A stretch of 63,468 bases of DNA, counting the filler, from Perkinsus chesapeaki ATCC PRA-425 (taxonomy: Eukaryota; Protista; Perkinsozoa): assembly GCA_013115145.1 (NCBI GenBank). It is 7 parts of 7 records of this genome, joined end to end, with 100 filler letters (N's around TTAATTAATTAA, not from the genome) between each part and the next. Parts side by side here need not be neighbours in the genome. Positions count along the whole stretch, not along the records: positions 21,597 to 40,034 come from JAAPAO010000662.1; positions 40,135 to 59,076 come from JAAPAO010000648.1; 5 more parts are not named here. One strand, given 5' to 3'. The notes beneath the pieces are model-generated. The model was not told the origin of the DNA. It did no database searches and saw only the letters and a list, made by a program, of their open reading frames with translations. Position numbers and translations under genes: made by a program. Each line of letters opens with the position of its first letter. The first letter of the stretch is position 1. Positions 37,112 to 49,356 of the stretch are shown here, piece by piece.

Positions 37112-40034
37112 ATGCTTATAGATAGATGTGAAGATGAGAAGTTTATTAGATTATGTAATATATTAGAAGAAATATTAAATAAGAAAACACAGAAGGGTAA
37201 GATTGATATATTAGAAAGGTAATATTATTAATCGGTAGTAATGCCAATATTAACATATTAATAGATATATAACTAATACATTTACATCTAAATGTGATCT
37301 ATATCCATTAATAAGATTAATAATACCTGATACTGATACTGATAGATTAAATTATGGTATAAAAGAGAAAACTATGGCTAAAATGTAATAGTATTATTAT
37401 ATGTTATTATGATATATTATTAGTATATCTAAAATCCATGCTTTACCATATAATGAAGCTGATAGATTAATTAATTATAAAGATGTTACTAAACAATTAA
37501 TGAAGAATAATTGTACTGCTGGAGATTTCTCAAGTGTATTATATTCCGTATTAGAATGTAGATTAGTATTAAATAGTGATATTATTAATATTGGTGATAT
37601 TAATAATATATTGGATACATTATATAAATCACAAAATAATAACAATGATATTAATAAAGTATTTATTGATATAGCTAAACGATGCAATGCATTAGAACAT
37701 AAATGGTTAAGTAGAATAATAATAAAAGGGACAATGAAGATTGGGGTAGTAATAGTAGTAGTAATAATAGTATTATTTAATAATATTATTAATAGATTGG
37801 TGAGAAAGCTATATTAAGTAGATTACATCCAAAAGCAATAGAATGGTAATAATAATAATAAATAATAATAATTAGTATAATAATAGGTATAATAATAGTA
37901 CATCATTGAAATATGTTATGAATAATATTAATAATACCATAAATGAAAAAGAAGCAGGGAATAGACCGTAATAATAATAAAGGGAGCTTTAATAATGATG
38001 TTGATTGATGATGATGATAGTGATAATTATAAGGATAATCCAGTATTAAATAATATGATGTTTCTTGGTATCAAGCCACAGAGAGCTGTTATATGGTCGA
38101 AGAAAGTTATGGATCATTATTGGAAAAAAAGAAAGAAGGATGATAATAAATTAAATAATAATAATAATATGTTATTATTATATAGTGAAGTAAAATATGA
38201 TGGTGAAAGATTAATAGTTCATATTGATAAGAATATATCAAAAGTAACTATGTAAGATAATAATATTGTTAATAATAATAATATATTATTATAAGGTACA
38301 CACGTAATGGTAATATAATAAATGATGATAAATTAAGTAATTTATTATTATCATCATTTAAAGGTAAAATAGGTATATTAGATGGTGAGCTATTAACATA
38401 TGATAATATTAATAATACATTTTTAAAACCTACTTATAATAGAAAAATAATATCATCATCATCGTCATCCTCAACAACAACAACAAGAACAACAACAGGT
38501 AGTACTACTACTGCATAATCGTTATCATCAACATCATCAGGAGCAGGAGCAGGAGATGGAGGAGGTGGGGGGGATGGTGGTGATAAACATTTATGTTATA
38601 TTATTTTTGATATATTGTTATACGGTGATGATAATAATAAAGCTGAGAATTATACTAATACACCGTTATTTATAAGGAAGAATGTTTTATCAAAGGTAAT
38701 ATGGATAATATACTACTAATACTAGTAATAATAATAATGGTTACTGTTATTATTGTGGTTATTGAAATTGTTATGAAATAGGTTATAAAAGTATATAATA
38801 CTTATATAGAGTTAAGTGAGTATAATACAATAGGATTAAAAGATAATACTATTAATGATGAAATAATGGAAGAACTTAATATAGCTATTAAGAAAGGTGA
38901 AGAAGGTAGAGTGTTTAAAGATACTAATTCATTGTAATTATTATTATCATAATAATAATATTGTTATTATGAATATAAGGTATTGTATTGGTAAAAAGGG
39001 TTACGGCTGGTTTAAATTAAAAGGTGAATATGTAAATAAATTAGCAATAGATATAGATTTAGTTATAGTTGGTGGATACTATGGAAGCAGTAGTAATAGG
39101 TAATAATAATAATATATTAATAATTTATTATTAATATATTAATAGATTTGATACTATGGATAATATGACATATGATAATAATGATTATATGGATGTATTA
39201 TTAAATAGAGTATCATCATTCTTATTGGCAGCCCCGTCATCAGAAAATAATAATAAACTAATACCAATAACAAAAGTAGCTATATCGCAATCAACATTAT
39301 TAAATGAATTAAGGAATAAATTAAAAGGGAATATGATACAATGGTAATAATAATGTTAGTATTATTAATGTTATAATAATAATGATAATTAAAAGGTCAT
39401 CATTAGTTAGTAATTATGGTGCTGAGCAAGATAATTGGTTAATAGGTGGATGTGGTACATTAGGGAGGTAATAATAATAATAATTGTTATAATAGTATTA
39501 TTATAATTCAACATGAATAGTAGTGATATGAGACCAGACCTCATATTGCGGGATCCTTTTAAAAATGGTGGTATAGTAATGGTAATAAGATGTGGTGAAA
39601 TAATTAAGAGTGATAAATGGATTGGTGGAATAACATTAAGATTTCCGAGATGTTCACCACAAGGAGGAGGGTGTATGAGATATGATAAATTATGGTATGA
39701 AGCTGATACATTAAATGATATACAAGAGGTAGTAATAAGGAGGAGTAGGAGGAGTAGGATAATTATAATAATAGTTATATAAGAAACAACATGATAATAT
39801 TGATAATGGATATAGTAGTGATAATAATGATAAGAGCAGCAGCAGTAGCAAGAATACAACATCAGGAGGAGGAGGAGGAGGTGGTAGATAATATTATTAT
39901 ATAATTGTTATTATTATATATTATGTATTAGATATAATACAAAATGATGTATATATACCTTTGGTGAATATAGATAATAATAATAATAATAGAGAAGAAT
40001 ATAATGATGATCATAATTATGAAATACCGAAATT
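37112..40034 (+). CDS. LIG4: DNA ligase IV-like ATP-dependent ligase, many exons; 3' end (BRCT region) cut by the contig edge
   Basis: LIRLIIPDTDTDRLNYGIKEK, AGDFS, EHKWLSRII, EVKYDGER (motif I), ILDGEL, FDIL, GEEG, WFKLKGEY, DLVIVGGYYG, LRFPR. Confidence 0.85.
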
Positions 40035-40134
40035 NNNNNNNNNNNNNNNNNNNNNNNNNNNNNNNNNNNNNNNNNNNNTTAATTAATTAANNNNNNNNNN
40101 NNNNNNNNNNNNNNNNNNNNNNNNNNNNNNNNNN
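40035..40134. other. Artificial contig linker
   Basis: N-TTAATTAATTAA-N. Confidence 0.97.
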
Positions 40135-40324
40135 TAATATTATCAGTTATGTTCATCGGACATAAAAATAAATTATCATTTTCGGCACTCTTAACGTTCT
40201 TTTCATTCAATACTTTAATGAATGGATGCTTACCAATCAACCCAGCGAAATCGCTTTTAACTAGCACAGCAAAGCCCCACAGTAGATGTAGCAAGATGGA
40301 CCAGCGCATACTCCGATAATCCAA
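40135..40324 (-). CDS. 5' end of a putative secreted protein, truncated by the contig edge
   Basis: MRWSILLHLLWGFAVLVKS is signal-peptide-like; the ORF runs into the gap. Confidence 0.4.
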
Positions 40325-40683
40325 AACACGACTGAAAAGCGAAGTTTAATAAAGCAGTATTAAGCACGTTAGCATGCTGTCGCTGAATAGTAATTAAAGA
40401 GCCCCGCGGAGGTGAGGTTGGTTTGAAGCACCTTGGATCGGTACGCATGAACAACACTTGGAGTTTGATGGATCTTGTATGGCCCTGTCCGATTGGAAGG
40501 AAGTCGAGACTGGACAAGTATCGAAGTTAAAGCGTGCAAGATACAAAGAAGGTTAACTCGCGGACTAGGCTTGTGATCCTTCGTATAAAGGAGACAGACG
40601 AGAACACAACACGGAAGGGTCCTTCAACGATTGTGGGAGAAGCTCCAGAAAACTCGGATTGAGGGGTCAAGTTTGGTGATGCT

Positions 40684-42783
40684 TCACTGGACATTAGAAT
40701 CTGTACTTGCCATTCGCTGTTGGATAGCCCACGTCACAAAGGTATCCAGTAGTGAGTTCACTCCTCCACCTCCTCCTTCGCTCATCACGCCCTGAGTACT
40801 TGGCTTAAACGAGACATCACGGAGATTCACACGTACTTGTAACTGTTGATGTCTCTCTACTGTATCGGCAAGTATCCGGGGATACTCATCAGGTCCATTG
40901 CTTTTCTCGAGCAAGGGTGACTTTGCCAAGGCCGCCGGAGGCGGAGATCGACCAGATAGTTTGGTGACCTGAAAAGCTGAGGCTACAGGGGGGCATTTAA
41001 TAAACCGCTTCCGGAGTTTGAGGTTTGTGTTGGTAAGGAACGAAAATATCAAGGAGATTGGAAGTTCCACAGAAGCTGCAAAGATATTTGCGAATTTTGC
41101 ATCAATGCATTCTGTACAACGATTCGACGACGAACTTTTGGACTCAGCAAACGAAGGCGGCGGACAGATATTTTAACAATTCTGATTCATTTCTAGGAAA
41201 ACAACTCATATCGAACAGACGAAGAGCAACACTCACAATTCCGGCCATCTCATCATCGAATCGTTGCTCCTCTTCTACAGACGATTTGAGCAGATCGCTG
41301 AGGATCACCTAGAAGTACGGCAGATGAGGCAAGCGGAATACCACCACCTACAAGCTCGTTTTTCTCTGCAGTTTTTGGTATTGTCGCCATCGAAGTGATC
41401 GAAGAATCTGGGAGGAAAAGTCGGTATGAAGTATCGAGTAAAATGTCACCCTCGAAGGTATCTGTGGTCTCCTGGGGATATATAACCCACTTCGCCTTAC
41501 AAGTAGTAAGCGCCTCCTCAATCGCCTAGAGTACTAAGACTCGTATCCTCTATCGGTTGCTGTCTCACATCCGTTGTAGGCCAAACCAACATTTCGTCCA
41601 CATTGGTAGCGAGCTGCTTCGTGCTGCTCTGCGAAGACACACTATTTAACTAAAGTGAAGAACGCTGCTGCCAATTCTGAGATCCGCTGGAAGTTTAACC
41701 TTTCACTGGTGTGATCATTTCATAAGATATCTCACTTGAGGTGCATCGGCGTCGCCGGTTGAGCTCGAGGCCCGCGGATGCCAGTGCGCGATTATCGGTT
41801 TAATGAACAACTGAGCTCTTTTCTTTTGTGTTAATGTGCGCCACACTATGGAGAATCTTTTGCGGTGCGGGCATACAAAAAGATGCGCACGTGTCGAAGA
41901 TGAGCAATAGAAAGCGAAAGTCTTCCGCGAGAGCGACATATGTTAGGCATATTAAGCTTCTCGCTTTCGATACCGCTAGTGAAACAGGAGCTTGATCTGG
42001 TCCTACGAAGGCTCTGGCTTCCCTGTTGGCCGACTCATAACAAACTCTGGCGAAGTAATCGTCAAAATAACCCTTGTTATCGACTAAGGGGAATAATTTG
42101 AGGTGACGGGTATCTTAGGTCACCTCCAAGCAGAGAGGAGCGAGCACTGTGAGTGATGCGGAAAAGCTGGTGAAGGGAGAGACCAAGGACTTCGGAGATC
42201 GCACTAGACTTGGCGATTTCGAGTGAACTCGTACCGTCAACCAGAGCATCTTTGAACTCTTCGGCGATGCCGTCCACAAGAGTTCTGATGACAATACAGA
42301 GAGCAACGGAATCCTGACTCATTTACTGTATTCGATCATCCCTGGTGAGGCCGAGGCGTCGAATGAACTTTATTGCGGCGAGTGTGTTTGGGCTGCCAGA
42401 TCCACGAGGGGATAGAACGATGCTCTGATAGAAAGACACGGGACAGGTTGCACAAGACAAATCATTAATTTAGTAAAGGAAGATAGGCAAGTTCACAGTT
42501 TCTTCGACGAGATGATCACAGCAGATTCTTTGTAGAGATTCTCAAAAGAAATGATGAAGCACTCTCGGCTTTGTAACACCTGCATTAACTCAATCAGTAT
42601 CTCCTCGACTAAGTAGTGCTCTCGAATGAGCTCGATGCCTGATAGAGGGGAACTGCAGGAAGCAGGAAGCGAGGCAAGCACCCTACCCCAACTCTCGCTA
42701 AATTCGACTATGTCGCAGGCTACTGCCCAACGAAGAGTGACTCGCATGTCCCGGGTGGATTCATCAGCCTGATTGATCATCAC
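40684..42783 (-). CDS. Multi-exon hypothetical protein(s)
   Basis: Series of coding-like minus-strand ORFs (40684-41070, 41715-41939, 42077-42322, 42493-42783) separated by intron-sized spacers. No domain recognised. Confidence 0.4.
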
Positions 42784-45700
42784 AGAACGCTCATACCGCT
42801 CTCTCCGCTACCTGCGATGAATTATGGGTGACTCGGAGTCTGGTCTTGCCGTACTCTTCCAAGAAAATCGATGGAGCCAGCATCTACGGTATGACACGTT
42901 CTTCTATCTCAAACGGCAACTTTCTCATCGATCGTACGTCTATGTCCATGAAAGTCTGACAACGGCCGAGAATTTTCCAGATTTTTTGCGGTTTCCCCCA
43001 GAGGACATGAGCACTAGCAACCGAACCTTCCTCAGATATTTGGTGTTTGGGGAAGCGGAAGGTTCTCCGTTTTGGATCCTCAGTCGGCCTAGTACGTCAT
43101 CTGAGTGTCAAACTGTTAAAGTTTGGGTTTCTCATCATCGCCATCGATTATGATTGTGAGTCTTATGGCATTGGAGAGATAATCTCAAGAGCTTTCGAAC
43201 ACCGCACGTGTCGCAAAAATATTCGCCTCCTGAGGAAGTTATTTAAAAAAGCACATTGTTGCTGGGACACACTGTAGAAGGGCAGTCTTAAGGTATATCT
43301 TGTGTTACTAGTCGCTGTGGTATTTCCTCAGATGGGAATGTACGACAGCGAAAATGACTCAGTTTGGCACCTCGCGGCCAGGACGGAAAAATTTCAACAG
43401 CCGAGTGATGAGCGGCCCGTATAGCAGTTGAATCGATGCTCTTTGTGGAGAAGGAGCGGTACGGAATTGCAGTGCACTTACAGAGGGGTCTTCACCAGTT
43501 GAAACTGCTCGAGCGTACGCGAGAAATCTGAGTATTGCAGTCTGTGAGTTGTGGTACGCATCCTTGTCGACCTATCCATCAAGATGGTCTCCAACTCCTC
43601 TGCTTTATATAAAACCATTTCTTGTCGGCTATCGTATCCTTCCAACCAGAGCGCGTGGCCAGTGAGACTATCTACGACGAGCTCCGTGTTCTGAGGGCCA
43701 AGGCTGGATACAACAGATTGTCATGCCCAGTGAATCTAAGCTCTTGCTGACTTGTACAGCGTTCGGATATGCGCACGTGAACCTTTACTTGTGCCGTCGA
43801 GAAAGCAATTGTGGAAATTCAAGAAGATCTTTCGTCCGATACGAAATAGCATTTGGATTCAAGTGTTCGGTAGGGAAATCCTCGGCGCGCGACCTTAGAA
43901 TGCATAACAAATATTCCGCAATTGAGGACAACCAACTTATCCTTCCCCATCTACATTTAGATGAGTAAACCTCAGCTTAGGCGCAAGTGAACAGGGTTCG
44001 ATCGATGATAAGTCGGATGATAGCAAATCGGTGGATAAGCGTTTCAGCTAAGAACGGTCACTTTTTCGGCAATGACTCTCAAAACGCTGCGTGTCAGGCT
44101 GCCAACTCGATAACATGGACATTTGTAAAGGGCGTTGATGGCTCTGGTAATTATCGGAGGAAGGAGCAGCGGATGACGGTGGACTAGAAGAGGGAGTATC
44201 TGATCGACAGGGAAGGGATTGCTGCCTGCTGATCTGCGGTAGATCTGAGTTTGGGCATGACAGAGTGCCCACAGAAAGCAAGAAACTAATTGGTTTAGGA
44301 TACTGCAGCTTAACAGTGATAGAACAACCATCAGACGTGGTTGTGACCTCCACGGTGCAGGTTGTTGGAAATAATTCAATTGTTAGGAAAATATCGAGTC
44401 ACCAGATGCAGTTGAAAGATTCGGTTTCCCGGAAGTGGCTACTAATAGTAAATTCGACATCAATTCTCTGAGTGCTAGGATGCTCCCTGGGGTATGTTCC
44501 AGCTCCGTGCAGATGTCCCAGGCAGCCACGAGACCATCGAACGTGACAAGTCTGTCGGTGTGATCTGGCATGAAGAGGACAAGACGCGGAATGAGCGTGA
44601 TGCTACTGTGTGAGGATGTGATCGACTCTGCTTGGAAAAGAGTTCGATAAAGCGTCATTGTCTGGACCACCAAACCATCTGAAAGTTGACTGGGTTCTGG
44701 GTTCGTCTGGCCGCACTCCCACAGAGAGAAGTATCTTGAGGTTGATGCATGCATCGATTGCATGCCGCTATGAAGACACTCCAAAGCATCATTAACAAGG
44801 ACGTTTCATCAGATCCCGAGATAAGCAACAGCGCCGCGTACCTGATCACTTCGTTAAAATCGTCCGAAGAGAAATATGTTGCCTACGTCGGCCCGCCAAC
44901 TGCACACATTCGTGTGAACGTATGGAAGACTTCCACATGTAGGGGTTGCAGTATCGTCCCGAGCGCGCCGCCTAAGGCTCATCAGAGGCTTCCTGTATGT
45001 GCTTTGGGTGTACTTAGCAGTGACACCATCTCTGTTGGCTGTTCATGGCCGTTTAAAGGCATCAATAATCGGCTGATGATGATCGGTATTGCCAAGTCGA
45101 AAATGTTCTCTGTGGAAGCATCGGCCGCCCGGAAAGGCTAGCAGTTTGTACTTAGAATCGGGCGTTCGTTGAATGACAGTAAGGTGGATAGAATCTCCAC
45201 AGATGAGGTGACCTGATCAGATATATTTCGGGTTGAGAATTGATACATAGTTCTTCTTCCTTCGCTGAACTGTAATATGATTGGTACTAGTTCGATGCTG
45301 TCTTTGGTAGTATAAATGATTAAGCACTAGGTAGCATGGTCAGACAGATGGAGTTGGGGCACCTGTTCGCCGCATCCTACTTCTTCAATACTCAACTGAG
45401 TTTCTGAGATCTGCAATTTCATCGTCCAGTCGATGAAAAAAGATCCCGAATTTCAGTAAGAAGCTGCGAAGGTTCGGCCAGAATCTTGCAAAATTCCTTC
45501 CAACTTTCCCATTTCACCAATGCTCATATTTCAGGGTAGTTCAATGATGTCATTATTCTGACCTATTTTGAATCTTTCTCCCTTACGGCTACGCGGAAGC
45601 TTTGCTATAACCAGTAATATTTATCAATGCTAATAATGTTATGTGAATAATCGATCAAGATGTCGTCATTCCGACCTTTTTTGAATCTTTATCCTCCACA

Positions 45701-46556
45701 ATTATTTCTGCTCCACAACAGCATGACAGTTTCATGAAATGCGCGAGTCTCCGTAGCAATATGACTGTCATTCCTTCCCCAAGGAATGCCACCCATCCGC
45801 CCGCCTGACACACAACTTCGTTCCGTACTACCCACCAAAATTTACCATCTCGGCATCGCCGACAGAGCCTTTGATCACCGCAATGAGCTCGGTGATTGTC
45901 GTGCAATGCTTTTTGAACTCGCGATCTAGGGAAAATGCGGTATGACAAATCTTGTCGAATCCTCACAGGTTTGGCCAATATTTTGCCGTCTGGTTTTATC
46001 AAAGTTGTCTGCCCATTTTTGCAAGGTTGATGATACCTGTCATGTCGGGTGCCCAGAACACTTATTCGCACAGCCCACTATCGCAGCCGATGTTCTCGAA
46101 TTCGAATCAACGCTCACTGCCGAGGGTTCCTGTGGCAGTCGTGTCATTATGAAATCCAGCTACTGTGCTCCAGGTGATATCTTAATGTGAGCCGAAAAAT
46201 ATCTTTTCTTGGAGCAGTTCGAAATGGAAGAAGTCATCCGGAGGCCTCCAAGGGTCCTCAGGAAACCTATTTTTCTATCAGTTGTTTTGCTTAGCCTTCA
46301 CAGACTAGTATTATATCGTATGAACCTCTGAAGGTACTCAGACATGCGATGGCCGAAACCAACGTGGAAGAGCTTTTCCTCTGGATCATCTGTGTAGACG
46401 ATTCTACCTGATCTCACTTGATGATTAAGCGGTATCATACAGAATTATCACACCACGCTTAGATTGCCCAATGCCTCATGTGAGATTCTCTATCAATTGA
46501 CAACTTCAAACACAAGGGACACTCAAGCCACAAAATGTTACAAGTAAAATGATATC

Positions 46557-47105
46557 TCAGATATCTTCGTGGATTTCGGCAGTCGGCTTCCCCGAAGGTT
46601 GAACTCTAGTAGCAGCCCCACCCATACGAGCTTTGACTCGCATCTTTCTCATGTACTCGAGAACGCTCTCTTTTTTAGGAAGTTGCTCCAAAACCTCCGG
46701 AGGTTCGCCGCCGATGATCTCATCGTAAATTTGCACAAGGCTGCCCTTCTCGTCGTCATCCACGCTCATCGCCAATTTCGCAGCTTCATGGTAGAGGACA
46801 CGCGATCGCGCGTTCGGACGACCGCAAATGTGATACTTGATTTTTTTAAGGTTCATCACGATGAGTGTCGAGGCGTCATCGATATCTCCGGTTGTTATTA
46901 GGGTCGAAGGACAGTGCATTTCTTTATGATAGTTTATACACCGCCAATGCTGCTTGTTCTTGTAGGAGCTATCTTGTCTATATAAATAACCGTGAAATGC
47001 TAGAAGGGACCGCCGTCCAGAAAAAGATTCAACGTAATAAGGTTGCTCGAGCGGCACGAGAGTGAGGTCAACTGTGGGGTACTCTGAACACAGAGAAACG
47101 ATCAT
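46557..47105 (-). CDS. FLYWCH-type zinc finger protein (WRKY/GCM1 fold), resembling a MULE transposase N-terminus
   Basis: LLAFHGYLYRQD...HWRCINYHKEMHCPSTL...HIC, followed by LPKKESVLEYMRKMR. Confidence 0.75.
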   Translation of the reverse strand: MIVSLCSEYPTVDLTLVPLEQPYYVESFSGRRSLLAFHGYLYRQDSSYKNKQHWRCINYHKEMHCPSTLITTGDIDDASTLIVMNLKKIKYHICGRPNARSRVLYHEAAKLAMSVDDDEKGSLVQIYDEIIGGEPPEVLEQLPKKESVLEYMRKMRVKARMGGAATRVQPSGKPTAEIHEDI

Positions 47106-47324
47106 TTAACAATTCAAGTCGAACTGTCAATCGACGTGGTAGAGGGAAACACAGCAGAGGTTAAATTCATTGGTTTCGTTATATTTTCGTGCACTGTCGT
47201 GAAGCTGTCGTTTTGCCGTCTTCTCACCACAACAGCTGCACATAATTACGTGAAGAGAAAATAACATTCAGCTTTTGTATGGAAATTTCATCAATCATCG
47301 CAACATCGATATCGAAGTAAAATT

Positions 47325-47804
47325 TCAACTTTTCGGAAAATTTCGGGAAATTTTCCCAAATTTTTCCTGGCCAGTCAGCTTACTTTGTCTTTCATTTCTT
47401 TTCCTTTTTATTCCTCTTTCTCCTTTCCCGTCCGAATCCATTCTTTCCGGTATCGATTCGCCATTGTTGTCATCCAATACTGGCACCTTTTTCTCTTGCT
47501 CATTTGGTGTCCTCAATTTTATATCGTCTATTATATTATTCGATCGTTCGATAGATCCACTACAAGTATGTTGTGTTATTGGTGCATTAGTAACAACCAA
47601 GAGCTTTGGGTCACCACGAAGCTCTCCCTTCACCGTCAATCTCACTTTGCACTTTTCTTTATCAGCATTAACACATTTCCAATATGAAGTATCCAGGTTG
47701 TCCCTATTGTGCTGATAAAGATAACCCTGGTATGCTAGAAGAGGCCAACGCCTGCTTGTTGAGGTCGAAACAAAGGTGATTTCGTCGACCACTGTGGTGG
47801 ACAT
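47325..47804 (-). CDS. Second FLYWCH-type zinc finger ORF/exon
   Basis: LLAYQGYLYQHN...SYWKCVNADKEKCKVRL...HTC. The 3' end runs into periodic intron-like sequence, so it may splice onto the first ORF. Confidence 0.72.
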   Translation of the reverse strand: MSTTVVDEITFVSTSTSRRWPLLAYQGYLYQHNRDNLDTSYWKCVNADKEKCKVRLTVKGELRGDPKLLVVTNAPITQHTCSGSIERSNNIIDDIKLRTPNEQEKKVPVLDDNNGESIPERMDSDGKGERGIKRKRNERQSKLTGQEKFGKISRNFPKS

Positions 47805-48003
47805 CTCACCGCCACCACCACGATATAGCTAATTTTCAGTTTTCGAAAATTGCATTTAGCGCTCGCCCGGATATCTATTTTTGAAATGTCAGGTCGAGTT
47901 CCGTCGAGATATGTTATAATTGAATTGACGTCGATTGATGGAGGGGTTAATAATATTATTAAAACTAGTATAGAGAATGAAGTCAAATCAGCTATATGTA
48001 AGT

Positions 48004-48363
48004 GGTTAATAGTGGACGAGTAGCATTAAAATATATAATACGGTNNNNNNNNNNNNNNNNNNNNNNNNNNNNNNNNNNNNNNNNNNNNNNNNNNNNNNNN
48101 NNNNNNNNNNNNNNNNNNNNNNNNNNNNNNNNNNNNNNNNCGGTTAATAGTGGACGAGTAGCATTAAAATATATAATACGGTTAATAGTGTACGAGTAGC
48201 ATTAAAATATATAATATGGTTAATAGTGTACGAGTAGCATTAAAATATATAATTCGGTTAATAGTGGACGAGTAGCATTAAAATATATAATACGGTTAAT
48301 AGTGTACGAGTAGCATTAAAATATATAATACGGCTAATAGTGTAGGAGTAGCATTAAAATATA
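48004..48363. repeat. 38-bp minisatellite (GGTTAATAGTG(G/T)ACGAGTAGCATTAAAATATATAATAC)n spanning an N gap
   Basis: At least 7 units or partial units visible around the gap at 48045-48140. Confidence 0.95.
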
Positions 48364-49356
48364 ATTGAGCATATAAGAACAGTATCCCCCCAAGACGTCA
48401 ATACTACAGCTAGAGGTGTCAGAAAGTCGTCTTCTCTTAGATATCAACTACGGCGAATACGGTGCGGCTATGATCGGCCAACTTATTAAGGTGTATGATG
48501 CTGTACCGTTGACATCGAACAAAGCCATAGTGGTCCTCAAGGTAACCTATAAAATATCTTTGTACTGCGTAACCTCGAGTATCTTTACAATTCACCCTTA
48601 TGAGATCATTGAGAATTTCATAAGTAAAAATATATTTTAAAATTACCCTCCAAGAACGGAAATTTTTCGTGAATATTTCCGAGTCGATTGGCTTTGCTTT
48701 TCGATATCGAACAAGATCTGTCTCAGGTGCCTGCTTCACACTGTAAAGAATGCATCACATCGATGGAAGTATCTTTTAAAGGTGTTAAGATCGGAGGAGG
48801 ACCTGGTCGAACGGTCCCAGTGAAGTTGGAATGGCTTGACACTGTGGGCTCGATCGATAACGTAATGCTGATTTAATGACTTGGTATTATCTTATTAAAG
48901 ATTGGAAGACAGTGAAATGGTTATACGGCTGAAATTTCGCGGTTGTGATTGAAGAGATGCTTTGATGCATCTCAGAGTTGGCCATTTTGGGAGGGCAACC
49001 ACCTATCTGTGGAAAGGCAACCGATTTGGAGTTAACTTTTGTTAGGTTCGAAAACGTATCCTGTATAGAGGTGTCGAGAGTGGACTTATTGGAGGGGATC
49101 AACTTGAGGGATTAACGAAACGTTTGGAATCTATGGGATAATAGAATTTCCTGTATATATGTGGAAGATGCGTTGAGCTTGAAGCGTGCAAGATAGATAA
49201 TAGGTCAAGTTGGTGACAAAGCGAGATTTGCGGGATAACAGATTATCCCATAAATAGCCTCGAGCGTCGAATCTGAATTTCGATGGTGAGTTGTGTTAAG
49301 TGTATCCAAGGTTGAAGCGTGCAGGATAGATATTAGATCAAGTTTATAGCCTCCCC

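Noticed and set aside
42824-46190. Possible ankyrin-like (DSVWHLAART) and WD40-like (DGLVAAWDI) fragments
   Set aside because: Single weak motifs on opposite strands; no consistent gene model could be built.
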